From the IMG/VR virus record IMGVR_UViG_2832442593_000001, positions 88,020 through 152,019 of that record: a stretch of DNA of 64,000 bases. The stretch is one strand, 5' to 3'. Both the position numbers and the translations under genes were made by a program. Each line of letters opens with the position of its first letter. The stretch's first letter is position 1. This stretch comes from a virus (taxonomy: Duplodnaviria; Heunggongvirae; Uroviricota; Caudoviricetes). The notes under the pieces are model-generated. The model had not been told where the DNA came from, did no database searches, and saw nothing but the letters and a program-made list of their open reading frames with translations. This document shows, one piece after another, positions 9,124 through 18,717 of this stretch.

Positions 9124-9426
9124 ATGAAATATGAACTCACACAGGAACAGTGCCACACGTTCTCTATAAGCGCACTGTTTGACCATTTTGCGGGGGCAAT
9201 GGGATACAAGAACGTATCCGCACTCCGCTACGACTGTACCCGCATTCTGGTATCGACCGCAATCCAGAATGAATTCTTTGCGGCTTACAAAGAAAACGGT
9301 ACTCCGGAGGCCGCAGCCAGAATGATATGGTGTTTGGCAGGCCCCAAAGCAACCATCGACGATGAGCGGTTCCTTTTCGAACCGCAGGAAGGATTCATCA
9401 TCGAGAAGGAGGGCGAATCATTATGA
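9124..9426 (+). CDS. Hypothetical protein
   Basis: ORF track; AAGGAGG RBS. Confidence 0.6.
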   Translation: MKYELTQEQCHTFSISALFDHFAGAMGYKNVSALRYDCTRILVSTAIQNEFFAAYKENGTPEAAARMIWCLAGPKATIDDERFLFEPQEGFIIEKEGESL

Positions 9427-9683
9427 CAATGACAACTGTCCTGCGGTGGATGAACCGCAACGACCCTAACGGCGAATACGATGACGCAATCGCAATCGCC
9501 GAGGGCACCGACACCGCAAAGCAGGCGGAAATCGCAAGAGAAGTAATGTCCATCCTCGACCGCTGGATGGATGATATTGGCAATGACCCGCTGTTGTGCG
9601 GTCAGCTGATCGAAATGTTCACGTTCTGCAATCGCTATGCAACAGAGCGCGAACGCAAGAATCCGGTTCTCCTGCTGAGATAA
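9423..9683 (+). CDS. Hypothetical protein
   Basis: ORF track; overlapping start. Confidence 0.55.
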   Translation: MTMTTVLRWMNRNDPNGEYDDAIAIAEGTDTAKQAEIAREVMSILDRWMDDIGNDPLLCGQLIEMFTFCNRYATERERKNPVLLLR

Positions 9684-9711
9684 AACCGTCATTTAACAAG
9701 GGCGAAAGTCC

Positions 9712-9740
9712 TTGTTAATGTACCTTGACAATGTTATAAT
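9712..9740 (+). promoter_or_regulatory. Promoter TTGTTA-17-TATAAT
   Basis: Consensus -10 with a 17-nt spacer, upstream of the gene at 9764. Confidence 0.55.
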
Positions 9741-9763
9741 GGCAAGCAAAAGGAGGCAAAAAC

Positions 9764-10189
9764 ATGGATCATTATGCATTCCATAGCAAATTTACGGACA
9801 AATACGGTATGGGCCTGATGACCGCAATCGCTCGTATGGATTTGAGCGATGAACATATCGCAATTTATAGCAAATGGGCAGACGAAGTAGGCAAACCGAC
9901 CAGTGACTTGGACAAGATGTTCGGTCGCGGAGAAACTGCAACCCTCGAAGACTGTCTCGAGGATTGCCATACAGAAGTATTCCGTCTTGTCCAAAAGGAA
10001 TTCTTTACTCGGTTGACCAGAGAAAACGCAGTAGCACTCTGCAACGCATTGTTTCTCGCAGACAGCAAAATCGAAATCTGTGAAAACGAACCCGATCTTC
10101 TCCTCAATGCGGAGAATTTCGCTTATGAATGGAATCGTTTCCATCCAGAGGAAAAGAAAATCACCAAAAATATGGATTACATCGTATAA
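9764..10189 (+). CDS. Hypothetical protein
   Basis: ORF track; AAAGGAGG RBS. Confidence 0.6.
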   Translation: MDHYAFHSKFTDKYGMGLMTAIARMDLSDEHIAIYSKWADEVGKPTSDLDKMFGRGETATLEDCLEDCHTEVFRLVQKEFFTRLTRENAVALCNALFLADSKIEICENEPDLLLNAENFAYEWNRFHPEEKKITKNMDYIV

Positions 10190-10206
10190 TCAAATATTAG
10201 CACAGT

Positions 10207-10241
10207 AAGAGCTTGCAACAACCTGCAAGCTCTTCTTTTTT
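10207..10241 (+). terminator. Rho-independent terminator
   Basis: AAGAGCTTGCAACAACCTGCAAGCTCTT hairpin followed by a T-run. Confidence 0.7.
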
Positions 10242-10295
10242 GTACAAATTGCCGGACAAAATGTTCGGACGGACGCTTAAAAGGAGCGAATACAT

Positions 10296-10802
10296 ATGAA
10301 AAAGAACGTAATCTGGAGCAATTACAATCTCGATTATGAAGATTGGAAGGATTTCTTCGATGATGAGTATCCCGATCTGGATGAAGATAAGCGCATCGAC
10401 CTGATGTACGAATTAAATAACGTATATCTGGACGATGAGCGCATGAACCTTGACATTCCTGTTTCCGAGGAAATTATCGTGCTCGGTGACCTTGGTCTCT
10501 GGGACGGTCGTAAGTCCGGTTACAAAGAAATCCACGGACATTCGATTAAAGATTGCCTGTATACAGATACCGACTACGCAACGTGGTATCTCGATGGCCG
10601 CGGTGATTTGTGCTGCGAAGCCATTCATCATGACGGAACCAACCATTACCTATATCGAGTATTCAAGCCGGACGTAAGCGACACTCGAAAGGAAAACTTT
10701 CTGGAAAAGGTTCTTCGCGGAACCGTGACCAGAGCAGATATCACTCGTACCACTCAGCGTCTCGGTGATAAAATCGCCAAAGTATACGGCTGGAAGATTT
10801 GA
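10296..10802 (+). CDS. Hypothetical protein
   Basis: ORF track; AAAAGGAG RBS. Confidence 0.6.
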   Translation: MKKNVIWSNYNLDYEDWKDFFDDEYPDLDEDKRIDLMYELNNVYLDDERMNLDIPVSEEIIVLGDLGLWDGRKSGYKEIHGHSIKDCLYTDTDYATWYLDGRGDLCCEAIHHDGTNHYLYRVFKPDVSDTRKENFLEKVLRGTVTRADITRTTQRLGDKIAKVYGWKI

Positions 10803-10816
10803 AAGGAGAATTAACC

Positions 10817-11245
10817 ATGGCAAATTACAATTGCGCAATCAGAACGAATTATTTCCGTGTTAAGGATGCTGACAAGTTCAAAGCATTCATGTCTGATGTA
10901 TATGGCTCCGAGGACGAAATCGAAGTATTCGAGGAAACCGATAAGGACGGTGTAACTCGTTATGGTTTCGGTTGTTACGGAGGCATCAGCGGCGTTTGTT
11001 CGATGGACGAAGATTGTGAAGATTCCTCATATGATCTGTTCATCGATGGCTTGCAGCAGTGTGTTGCAGAGGATGATGCAATCATCATTCTTGAATCTGG
11101 CCACGAAAAACTTCGTTATCTGGTAGGTTCCGCGGAAGTTATTACCTCCAAAGAATACAGGTATATGTGGGTTGAAGATTTTGCTATCTCCGAAGCCGCA
11201 AAGATGCTCAATAACCCGAAATTCACCACCGAAGTTGCTTATTAA
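10817..11245 (+). CDS. Hypothetical protein
   Basis: GAAAGGAGAA RBS before the ATG at 10817. Confidence 0.6.
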   Translation: MANYNCAIRTNYFRVKDADKFKAFMSDVYGSEDEIEVFEETDKDGVTRYGFGCYGGISGVCSMDEDCEDSSYDLFIDGLQQCVAEDDAIIILESGHEKLRYLVGSAEVITSKEYRYMWVEDFAISEAAKMLNNPKFTTEVAY

Positions 11246-11258
11246 GGAGGCGTAGATC

Positions 11259-11573
11259 ATGACAGACAAGCAGCGCAAAATCTGCGAAGACCTTGGTTGG
11301 GAAGTCTATGAAACCGAAGACGATATCGAACTCAGAAAGTGTTCTTCGTTGGGTGAAGATTTTGGGTTCAGCGTAAAAGCAGACAAATTCCTTGAAGATC
11401 TGCGTGATTACTATGAGGATTTCGATGCGGAAGAACACGCAGCAATGTGGTACAATGCGCGAAATAACGTTAGAGGAGTTCCGCAGAGTCTTCGTGCTCT
11501 TTTGGATGACGCGATTGAAATCGACGGAATGCTTGAAAATTTGTGCATTGAGTTATCCAGACCCGAAGAGTAA
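11259..11573 (+). CDS. Hypothetical protein
   Basis: ORF track; AAGGAGG RBS. Confidence 0.6.
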   Translation: MTDKQRKICEDLGWEVYETEDDIELRKCSSLGEDFGFSVKADKFLEDLRDYYEDFDAEEHAAMWYNARNNVRGVPQSLRALLDDAIEIDGMLENLCIELSRPEE

Positions 11574-11588
11574 GGAGGAAAGTGAATT

Positions 11589-12260
11589 ATGAAAACAGAA
11601 TTTGACGTAAGTTTCGAGAAAAACGGAGTTTGTCAAGCAAGAATTGTTGTTGCCAAGAATAAGGATTTCGCCGAGCGTTGGTTCCGTATGATCGAACCAG
11701 AGGCGGTCGTACTCGGAATTAGTGAGAACTATGAGTACAAACCCGGGAAGCCGGTTGAAGAAGTCCCCTACGAGTGGAACGGCATCGTGTTCGATGATGT
11801 TTTCGATGATAAATACAGCAGCGAACGAATCCTGTATTTTGATGTTCCTTTGGAATATCTCGGAGAGGATTACTTCGATGAAGAAGACAGCGCAAAAGCG
11901 GTCGGCGCGACAATTAGTATCGCATTTAATCCAGATTATCCAAACTGGATTGAATCTCGATTTGAAATTTCTCCGACTGACGCAAACGGCAGTGACTTCG
12001 ATTGGCTGCAGTACGACATGGATCGCGACCAGTATGAAGAACTTATGAATCTGGCAAGTGAAGCATTCGACCGTTGCATCAATGTAGGCTATTCCTATCG
12101 TGATGATGATGGGGCCACCAGATACGACGAAACACAGTTCGATCTTCCGAATATAAACGGAGGATACGATGAGCTCGAACTTCTTAACCTCATCGTAAAT
12201 TTCTTCAAGGAAAACGAGGACATCAATCTTCCCTCGGTAACCTACATTGAGGAGGCATAA
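11589..12260 (+). CDS. Hypothetical acidic protein
   Basis: ORF track; AAGGAGGAAAG RBS. The antisense ORF 11553-12263 is rejected. Confidence 0.6.
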   Translation: MKTEFDVSFEKNGVCQARIVVAKNKDFAERWFRMIEPEAVVLGISENYEYKPGKPVEEVPYEWNGIVFDDVFDDKYSSERILYFDVPLEYLGEDYFDEEDSAKAVGATISIAFNPDYPNWIESRFEISPTDANGSDFDWLQYDMDRDQYEELMNLASEAFDRCINVGYSYRDDDGATRYDETQFDLPNINGGYDELELLNLIVNFFKENEDINLPSVTYIEEA

Positions 12261-12263
12261 CAA

Positions 12264-12596
12264 ATGGACAACACATTAAAACTCCCTCGTTGGAACATCG
12301 AAGAGATGTGCGGCTACAAGCCGTTCACTACCTTCTGGCAGGACTTTAGCATCGCCGACAATTTTGGTATCGATGCGGTTTGCGACACTTACAACCGCGC
12401 CTTTCAGGAATGGAAAACCGATTATAAGTACCTGACCGAGCTGGTCATGGTGCTCAACTGGAAGATCTGGCAGCACTACGAACACAATGAACCGCTCGCC
12501 AGACTGTATAACACTCTCTGGGAGCGTGCCGCTCAGTATGCACAGGAAAACCTCAAGGGTGACGAACTGACCTATTACTTCGTCACAACAGACTAA
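12264..12596 (+). CDS. Hypothetical protein
   Basis: ORF track; GAGGAGG RBS. Confidence 0.6.
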   Translation: MDNTLKLPRWNIEEMCGYKPFTTFWQDFSIADNFGIDAVCDTYNRAFQEWKTDYKYLTELVMVLNWKIWQHYEHNEPLARLYNTLWERAAQYAQENLKGDELTYYFVTTD

Positions 12597-12625
12597 CACA
12601 AAATGTGAATTTGAGGTGAAGATAC

Positions 12626-12997
12626 ATGACGTTAGATGAATATTTTGAAAAGCACTACGGAGATTTTGAATGCGAGTGTGAATGGTATGTAGATCCAACG
12701 CCAAAATCGTGGAAATTCTATGTCCCGAGCCTCCACGTTGACATTGTATTATCTGAAAACGATGGAGAAGTAACCGAATTGAAGGTTTCTAAGCTCCCCA
12801 GTGACAGAGCTTTTAGGGATGTAGTTGTAGAAGAACTCTGGGACAATCTAACTGATGTCCCCTTTGACCCCGAAACGGAAGAGCTTGACGAGCCTTATTA
12901 TATCTGGCCAAAAAGAACCGACAAGGAAGATATCTGGCATTGGTTCGATGAGCATCACAGCAAAGGCGTCGCATATCTTCTGGGATTTGCAGAGTGA
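12626..12997 (+). CDS. Hypothetical protein
   Basis: ORF track; GAGGTG RBS. Confidence 0.6.
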   Translation: MTLDEYFEKHYGDFECECEWYVDPTPKSWKFYVPSLHVDIVLSENDGEVTELKVSKLPSDRAFRDVVVEELWDNLTDVPFDPETEELDEPYYIWPKRTDKEDIWHWFDEHHSKGVAYLLGFAE

Positions 12998-13041
12998 CTT
13001 GATATAATCTGTTTTGAGATCTGTTTTAAGGAGAAACTTAC

Positions 13042-13359
13042 ATGAAATATAATAAAGATGATCAGCAGATCATCAACGGTTGGGTGACTTCTGTTGGTGC
13101 GCCGTATTTAGTTGACACAGAACTTGTAGAGTACAAAAGTGGTCAACTGCTCGAAATTGCAAAGTCGGATGAAGATAGCTTGCTGGCGTGGGATGAGTGG
13201 CAGTGGTTGCAGATTATGATGGGAATGGAGATCTCGTTGGAGATGTCCATTAGAATTGTCGGTATGCTCTACGAAAATGATATAGAAACATTGGAGTTGA
13301 GTACAGACAACAGCAAGGAATATGAAAAGCAAATGAACGCACAAAGGAGAATGATATGA
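13042..13359 (+). CDS. Hypothetical protein
   Basis: ORF track; AAGGAGAAA RBS. Confidence 0.55.
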   Translation: MKYNKDDQQIINGWVTSVGAPYLVDTELVEYKSGQLLEIAKSDEDSLLAWDEWQWLQIMMGMEISLEMSIRIVGMLYENDIETLELSTDNSKEYEKQMNAQRRMI

Positions 13360-13598
13360 CTCTGATGGAAAAACTCGAAGCAGCAGGTTATCCGCGAGAA
13401 GAGATGTACCATCACGAATCAGACCTCTATGTATTCCTTACTCCGCTGACCAAGCAAGTGATTGACGAATGGTTCAAAGAAAAGGGACTTACACGAAGCC
13501 TGTTCGTTAGCACATTCAGAGATCAGGTTACCGGCAAGCCGATGTACGACATCGCTTTCCAGTACACGCCAGCATTTGACCGAAGCATTTGGCCTTAA
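13356..13598 (+). CDS. Hypothetical protein
   Basis: ORF track; overlapping ATGA start. Confidence 0.55.
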   Translation: MTLMEKLEAAGYPREEMYHHESDLYVFLTPLTKQVIDEWFKEKGLTRSLFVSTFRDQVTGKPMYDIAFQYTPAFDRSIWP

Positions 13599-13613
13599 GG
13601 AGGGTACATAGTA

Positions 13614-13775
13614 ATGTATTTCAAAACAGTCTGGGGCTTTAGCGGAACCGATGAGCAGAAGGATCTGCAAAAAGAACAGCTCCGCGACGTGCTGACGAAG
13701 TTAGGCGCTGATGTAACGATAGACGATGTTGATCTCGACGGTGAAAAGGCGTTCGCGATCACTATTGAAACGTAA
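13614..13775 (+). CDS. Small hypothetical protein (53 aa)
   Basis: AAGGAGGG RBS then ATG. Below the ORF-track length cutoff. Confidence 0.45.
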   Translation: MYFKTVWGFSGTDEQKDLQKEQLRDVLTKLGADVTIDDVDLDGEKAFAITIET

Positions 13776-13802
13776 GCAGGTATTTGAAAGGAGAAGTATT
13801 AA

Positions 13803-14000
13803 ATGCCGAAAGTGAGGTATCTTCCAGTGTCAGAAGGATGGCAGGTCAACATTGAATCATTCCCTAATTTCGATAAATCTGGGAGCATCTCGGGGATGAA
13901 AAAGAAATACTACGGCAAAGACGCTCTACTGGTTCGCTGTGGTTCTTACATTTATAACGTGTCTCTATGCCCCAATATTTACTATAGAAGAGCGTATTAA
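13803..14000 (+). CDS. Hypothetical protein
   Basis: ORF track; GAAAGGAGAAG RBS. Confidence 0.5.
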   Translation: MPKVRYLPVSEGWQVNIESFPNFDKSGSISGMKKKYYGKDALLVRCGSYIYNVSLCPNIYYRRAY

Positions 14001-14022
14001 ACAAGAGTTTGGAGGTGATAAG

Positions 14023-14361
14023 ATGGGACGAAAAAAGAAACAGCCAGAAGAGTATCGTCTTCTGCCGGACGGTCAGATTTCGATGCGCTGCGGTGTTCCA
14101 ATGCCGAGAAAATATCTCCGACCGAATCAAGAAAGGGTTGACAAGCTGGTTGCCAATATGGTTGATTATGCAATCAAATGCCAAAACGAATATGTGATAA
14201 AAGAATTATCCGACATGATTAGGGAGCCGAATTTCGATAAGGCGATGGAGCATTTTCAGAATGTGTCTGACATGAACGCATATTTTGAAAGGCTGTTAGC
14301 TATCGTCAATCCCTCAGTGTATGAGGAAATCAGCAAAGAAAACGGCAATCCAGACCAATAA
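14023..14361 (+). CDS. Hypothetical protein
   Basis: GGAGGTG RBS before the ATG at 14023. Confidence 0.55.
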   Translation: MGRKKKQPEEYRLLPDGQISMRCGVPMPRKYLRPNQERVDKLVANMVDYAIKCQNEYVIKELSDMIREPNFDKAMEHFQNVSDMNAYFERLLAIVNPSVYEEISKENGNPDQ

Positions 14362-14388
14362 AACGATGAACAGAGAGGAGAAAACACC

Positions 14389-14598
14389 ATGGATGGAGCT
14401 TTCCAGAACAAATGCTTTGGCCTACCCGATGATTTTGATTGTGATAGCTGTCATTACAACGTTGGTTTTCAAACCGGCTGGGGCGGTGTTGTAGGTCCTT
14501 GCGGACAGCAGAATTGCTGGTACTCCTGCACAGCTTGTATGTATAACAACGGCGGTGAATGCTATGCAGAAGATATAGTTGAAGACGGCGATGAATAA
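14389..14598 (+). CDS. Small cysteine-rich protein
   Basis: ORF track; GAGAGGAG RBS; 10 Cys in 69 aa. Confidence 0.5.
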   Translation: MDGAFQNKCFGLPDDFDCDSCHYNVGFQTGWGGVVGPCGQQNCWYSCTACMYNNGGECYAEDIVEDGDE

Positions 14599-14621
14599 AT
14601 ACGATTGGGAGGTGACTCCAC

Positions 14622-14795
14622 ATGATCAAAAACAGATACTGCAAGCGATGCGGCCATAAAGTCAAGCGAGAAACCACGAAGGGATTACGGAAAGAATATC
14701 CGTATTATTGCCCTTATTGCGACGAGAACATGTACAGGTTTGAGACTGTGAAACATCGTTCTGAGAAGACGAATGGAGTGGAAATCAGAGTTTAA
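14622..14795 (+). CDS. Small zinc-ribbon protein (57 aa)
   Basis: GGGAGGTG RBS. CKRCGH...CPYCDEN CxxC pairs. Below the ORF-track cutoff. Confidence 0.45.
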   Translation: MIKNRYCKRCGHKVKRETTKGLRKEYPYYCPYCDENMYRFETVKHRSEKTNGVEIRV

Positions 14796-14886
14796 GATTT
14801 TCACAACAGCATAAAGCGAATGTTTGGATAAAATTCGTTTCCGGAATATATATATAGAAAGAAACAAATAAAGGAGAAAAAAAGAT

Positions 14887-15084
14887 ATGAAGGATGAGCT
14901 TTGGCAGTATATTTTGGATAATTTTACAATTGATAATGATGGAAGAAAGATAATCTGCAATATCCTTGACTGGATTTGGCTTCAGTCGATTGATAAAGAA
15001 GATACAGTTAATACATTACTGATCCTTTTAGATGGAATTGGTATCGAAAAGGAAGAGATTGAGAAATTTGTTAACTGGGATTAA
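14887..15084 (+). CDS. Hypothetical protein
   Basis: ORF track; AAAGGAG RBS. Confidence 0.5.
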   Translation: MKDELWQYILDNFTIDNDGRKIICNILDWIWLQSIDKEDTVNTLLILLDGIGIEKEEIEKFVNWD

Positions 15085-15132
15085 GCAATAAAGTGCGTAT
15101 TGGGCATGAAAACGATGATTTAGGAGGTAATT

Positions 15133-15423
15133 ATGAATTACATTGCATTACAGAAAGCTCAGGAAGAGCTCAATCTCACGCCAGCAGAAAAGGAACGCTA
15201 CGACACTCTGACTGCAATGCACCATCTCGTAATGTGCATGAACGATGAAACTGCATACATGACGTGGATTTGGTCAGTTCCAGATGAAGCAAGCGCAGAT
15301 GACCTTGCAGATATTGCTAAGGAAAAGGACGAGTTTGACGGTGTCGTAAGACTTTTCAAAAAGCTCTGGAAGAAATACGCCGCAAACGATTCCGGTTTAT
15401 GCATCGGAAGAACAACCTATTAA
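15133..15423 (+). CDS. Hypothetical protein
   Basis: ORF track; TAGGAGG RBS. Confidence 0.6.
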   Translation: MNYIALQKAQEELNLTPAEKERYDTLTAMHHLVMCMNDETAYMTWIWSVPDEASADDLADIAKEKDEFDGVVRLFKKLWKKYAANDSGLCIGRTTY

Positions 15424-15451
15424 AATTGAATCCGTATAAAATAATGACACA

Positions 15452-15480
15452 AGCAGGAGCCAGCAGTTCCTGCTTTTTTT
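15452..15480 (+). terminator. Rho-independent terminator
   Basis: AGCAGGAGCCAGCAGTTCCTGCT hairpin followed by T7. Confidence 0.65.
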
Positions 15481-15504
15481 ATATCCAAACAGGAGGTATA
15501 CATC

Positions 15505-16200
15505 ATGAATAACAACATCAAGGAAAGAATCGCAAAGCTCCTCGCACTCGCTGAATCTCCGAACGAAAACGAAGCGAAAGCCGCTCTTCTCAAGGCTCGT
15601 GCCCTCATGGTTCAGCATAAGCTCCGTCCGGAAGAGTGTACCGGCAAAAAAGAAAAGGTCGTGACCAAGGTTCTTGCCGATATCAAGTGCACGACCATGA
15701 CCGACTTCTGGATTTACAAGCTGAGCGACGTGATCGCCAAGCATTATTGCTGCAAGAATTACTGCCGCAAGCCGCCGCGCAGCAAGGCACTCACGATTAT
15801 TTTGATGGGTCTTGAAAGCGATATTGAAATCGCCGAGCGCATCCTCCGCTACGCAATCGACTGCGTCAAGAGGGAACAGCGCACCATTCATCACACGAGA
15901 AAGTGGCAGGGTTACAGCGCAACCGATATCCGCCTTGCCTGCAACGCTTACGGCGACGGTTTCGTTGCCGGTCTCGATCAGGAATACCAGAAACAGGACG
16001 CCGAGCATCAGGAATGGGGACTGGTCATGATGACGCCGAAGGACGTGCAGGATGCCTACGGTAACCTCAGCATGAAAACGAGCACTTCCCATGCAAGAAC
16101 CGCCGGTGCCTGGGCGAATAAGTACCGTGATCAGGGTGTAGAGCACGGACGTTCTTTCAAACCCGACCAGCGTCTTCACAATACCGCAATCGCAAGATAA
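15505..16200 (+). CDS. DUF2786-like domain protein (N-terminal RIAKLLALAESPNENEAKAALLKARALM motif)
   Basis: The motif is typical of the phage-associated DUF2786 family. CAGGAGG RBS. The antisense 15397-16494 ORF is rejected. Confidence 0.55.
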   Translation: MNNNIKERIAKLLALAESPNENEAKAALLKARALMVQHKLRPEECTGKKEKVVTKVLADIKCTTMTDFWIYKLSDVIAKHYCCKNYCRKPPRSKALTIILMGLESDIEIAERILRYAIDCVKREQRTIHHTRKWQGYSATDIRLACNAYGDGFVAGLDQEYQKQDAEHQEWGLVMMTPKDVQDAYGNLSMKTSTSHARTAGAWANKYRDQGVEHGRSFKPDQRLHNTAIAR

Positions 16201-16212
16201 GGAGGAATCGTT

Positions 16213-16491
16213 ATGATTGTATTCGCAGTATCTCAGCTCCGCAGTTATTACAACTGCGGAGAACAATCTTTTGGCACCGATGATATTTTTCTTAGTTACG
16301 ACGAAGCAAAGGACTTTATCAAGCAGGAGATTGACGATATCGTCTCCGGTTTTAACAGAGGGGATCACGAGATGTTCTTCGGCTCGAACGACGAGTTCGA
16401 TGATGAAGTGTCTTGGGATGATGACTCCATTTCGAGTGACGGTCATAAATTCCAATGGGAAATTTCGTCCATAACATTGAAAAACCTGTAA
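16213..16491 (+). CDS. Hypothetical acidic protein
   Basis: ORF track; AAGGAGG RBS. Confidence 0.55.
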   Translation: MIVFAVSQLRSYYNCGEQSFGTDDIFLSYDEAKDFIKQEIDDIVSGFNRGDHEMFFGSNDEFDDEVSWDDDSISSDGHKFQWEISSITLKNL

Positions 16492-16709
16492 CATTGAAGG
16501 TTTTCGAAACCATCCAGCACGAAAACGATATTGAAGATATCAAAAATACTATCGAAGTCGAAGACGATCTGCTCTACGACCATATCCGCGATATTTCGAT
16601 TGACACCATGAACCGTATGGCACACCTCAAACGCGAGAAGGAAGACAACGGCATGGCATGGAACGATGCAGCATCCGCAGCATTCCATGAAGTAATCAAC
16701 CAGCAGTAA
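16455..16709 (+). CDS. Hypothetical protein (start uncertain)
   Basis: ORF track; overlaps the previous gene by 37 nt. Confidence 0.4.
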   Translation: MGNFVHNIEKPVTLKVFETIQHENDIEDIKNTIEVEDDLLYDHIRDISIDTMNRMAHLKREKEDNGMAWNDAASAAFHEVINQQ

Positions 16710-16727
16710 ATAAGGAGTGTATACATT

Positions 16728-17339
16728 ATGACTATCAATACCAATATTAAGATCAGCCCGGGCAATTCCAAGATGGGAGCAATCCCGTCCGTCAGCCTGC
16801 CGGCCATTAAGACCTGCCGCGACTGCAAATGCAAAGAGAAGTGCTACGCAGCTAAGCTGGAGCGTCTGAGACCGACCGTAAGAAACGCCTATCAGCATAA
16901 CCTCGAGGTGCTCCAGAGCAATCCTGAGACGTTCTGGCGTGAAGTAGAGGCAACCGTAATGCTTAACCGGTACTTCCGGTTCCACGTCAGCGGCGACATT
17001 CCGAGCAAGGATTATCTGCTCCGCATGATCGGTATCGCCGAGCGCAATCGGCATTGCGAGATCCTGTGCTTCACCAAGCGATATGATTTTGTAAACGCTG
17101 TCCTGAGTGACGGCAAGCATATCCCCGACAATTTACATCTCATTCTTTCCGGTTGGGTTGATCTTAAAATGGTCAATCCTTTTTCTTTACCCGAAGCGCA
17201 CGTTCGCTTCAAGAATGGCGTGACAACCGCAAGAGCAGATGCAAAGCCGTGCAGCGGAAACTGTGCCGAGTGTGCAATGACTGACACCGGCTGTTGGACA
17301 CTGAAGCGTGGCGAGCAGGTTGTGTTCAACGAACATTAA
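16728..17339 (+). CDS. Conserved phage protein with CxxCxCxxxC cysteine cluster (family not firmly recognised)
   Basis: ORF track; TAAGGAG RBS. TCRDCKCKEKC cluster. Confidence 0.5.
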   Translation: MTINTNIKISPGNSKMGAIPSVSLPAIKTCRDCKCKEKCYAAKLERLRPTVRNAYQHNLEVLQSNPETFWREVEATVMLNRYFRFHVSGDIPSKDYLLRMIGIAERNRHCEILCFTKRYDFVNAVLSDGKHIPDNLHLILSGWVDLKMVNPFSLPEAHVRFKNGVTTARADAKPCSGNCAECAMTDTGCWTLKRGEQVVFNEH

Positions 17340-17385
17340 AACGACCGAATAAGAACAACAAATCCGACCGATTGGAGGAATCAAA

Positions 17386-17667
17386 ATGAAAAAAATCTAT
17401 GTTCTGCGCTACTGGTACGATAATGAAGACAATTCCGGCGGTGAAGTAATCGCCGCCAGTGAGAACCTGCACACACTGAACAGCATCATGCGTGACAGTG
17501 TGAAGCGCAGCGGTGTTCTGGATGAGGAGGAAATCGAGTGGGACGAAGACGAAACCGAGCGCCTGACCGACGATCCCAACCAGATGTATGTCTGTTACTC
17601 TTTTTATTGCAGTCCCTGCAATTACGCAAAAGCCGTGTGGGAAATCACCGAAGTCGAAGTGAAATAA
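17386..17667 (+). CDS. Hypothetical protein
   Basis: ORF track; GGAGGAA RBS. Confidence 0.6.
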   Translation: MKKIYVLRYWYDNEDNSGGEVIAASENLHTLNSIMRDSVKRSGVLDEEEIEWDEDETERLTDDPNQMYVCYSFYCSPCNYAKAVWEITEVEVK

Positions 17668-17679
17668 GGAGGGAATGAC

Positions 17680-18210
17680 ATGAAAAAGATTTACAAATGC
17701 ACCGAATGCGGCAAGCCATTCATGCTTGAAGATTGCGAACTTCCCGAGCCGCGCACCATCAACGATGACACAGAGCAGGAAAGGATTATCTGCGACACTT
17801 GTTTTGATAATATGTGGGATAACGATGACCTCACTCATTGTGATAACTGCGGAATCTGGTTTGAGAACAAGCTCATTCATGAGGAAATCATCGGCGACCA
17901 TTGTTTCGCTCCGTGTCCGAAGTGTGACCGCGATATCATCGACGGCATGACTCGAGAAGAGCTCCTCGACGAAGAGAACCCGAGCTTCGCAGTTACTTTT
18001 GCCTACGATGACGGCGACAATGCCACTTATCTCTTCCCGACGGAAGAAAAGCGTATCGTGTTTATCGACCAGAGGATCAGAGACCTCAAGGAAGATGGCA
18101 CCTATCTGGGTTCGGCCAGCATCCATCCCGATGAAATCATTGTCATCACCGAGGACGCAAATAAGGAAAAGCACCGTATGCAGATCATTAAGAGCAACAT
18201 TTATCGATAA
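17680..18210 (+). CDS. Zinc-finger (multiple CxxC) protein
   Basis: ORF track; TAAGGAGGG RBS. CTECG...CDTC...CDNCG...CPKCD. Confidence 0.55.
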   Translation: MKKIYKCTECGKPFMLEDCELPEPRTINDDTEQERIICDTCFDNMWDNDDLTHCDNCGIWFENKLIHEEIIGDHCFAPCPKCDRDIIDGMTREELLDEENPSFAVTFAYDDGDNATYLFPTEEKRIVFIDQRIRDLKEDGTYLGSASIHPDEIIVITEDANKEKHRMQIIKSNIYR

Positions 18211-18221
18211 GGAGAATATTT

Positions 18222-18623
18222 ATGAACGACAGAGACATTCGCCGCGGCGACATTTTTTACATCAAGAACGACGACAACGCAGTAGGCTTCGAGCAGAAGA
18301 AAACCCGACCGGCCATCATCGTATCCAACAACGCCAACAATCGCGCTTCCGGTGTGGTAGAGATCGTGTATCTGACCACTTCGCAGAAGCACCGTCCGCT
18401 TCCGACCCACATTCGAGTTCGCGGTTACGTTCCGTCCATCGCTCTCTGTGAGCAGGTTGTGACGGTCGATGTGAGCCGCCTGATGGAGCGAATCGGTTCC
18501 TGCAGCTACGATGAAATGGAAGCGGTCAATTGCGGACTGGCGGTTTCGCTCGGCTTAAAGAGCGTAAATAGTTACTCATATCAGCAGGTTAGAAGTGAAA
18601 AGCCGTGGTTATTTGCCAAATAA
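18222..18623 (+). CDS. MazF/PemK-family endoribonuclease toxin
   Basis: RGDIFYI...KTRPAIIVSNN...VEIVYLTTS...ALCEQVVTVDVSRL matches the PemK/MazF fold signature. AAGGAGAA RBS. Confidence 0.65.
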   Translation: MNDRDIRRGDIFYIKNDDNAVGFEQKKTRPAIIVSNNANNRASGVVEIVYLTTSQKHRPLPTHIRVRGYVPSIALCEQVVTVDVSRLMERIGSCSYDEMEAVNCGLAVSLGLKSVNSYSYQQVRSEKPWLFAK

Positions 18624-18646
18624 ATTGTTCATAAATTATTAACAGG

Positions 18647-18702
18647 TTTCCGCGTCCTTTTTTCGGGTCAGACGTATAGTAGATAGTATAGGGAAAAAAC
18701 TC
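18647..18702 (+). promoter_or_regulatory. Degenerate copy of repeated promoter/operator element (CGCGTCC...GTATAGTAGATAGTATAGGG)
   Basis: Shares CGCGTCC and the GTATAGTAG core with the copies at 23314, 34896 and 46482. Upstream of repA_N. Confidence 0.4.
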
Positions 18703-18717
18703 GGAGGACAAAGAAAA

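Noticed and set aside
15397-18174. Long minus-strand ORFs (15397-16494, 16443-17120, 17326-18174)
   Set aside because: Each is antisense to plus-strand genes that have strong RBSs and recognisable domains (DUF2786-like, Cys-cluster protein, zinc-finger protein). No RBSs on the minus strand.
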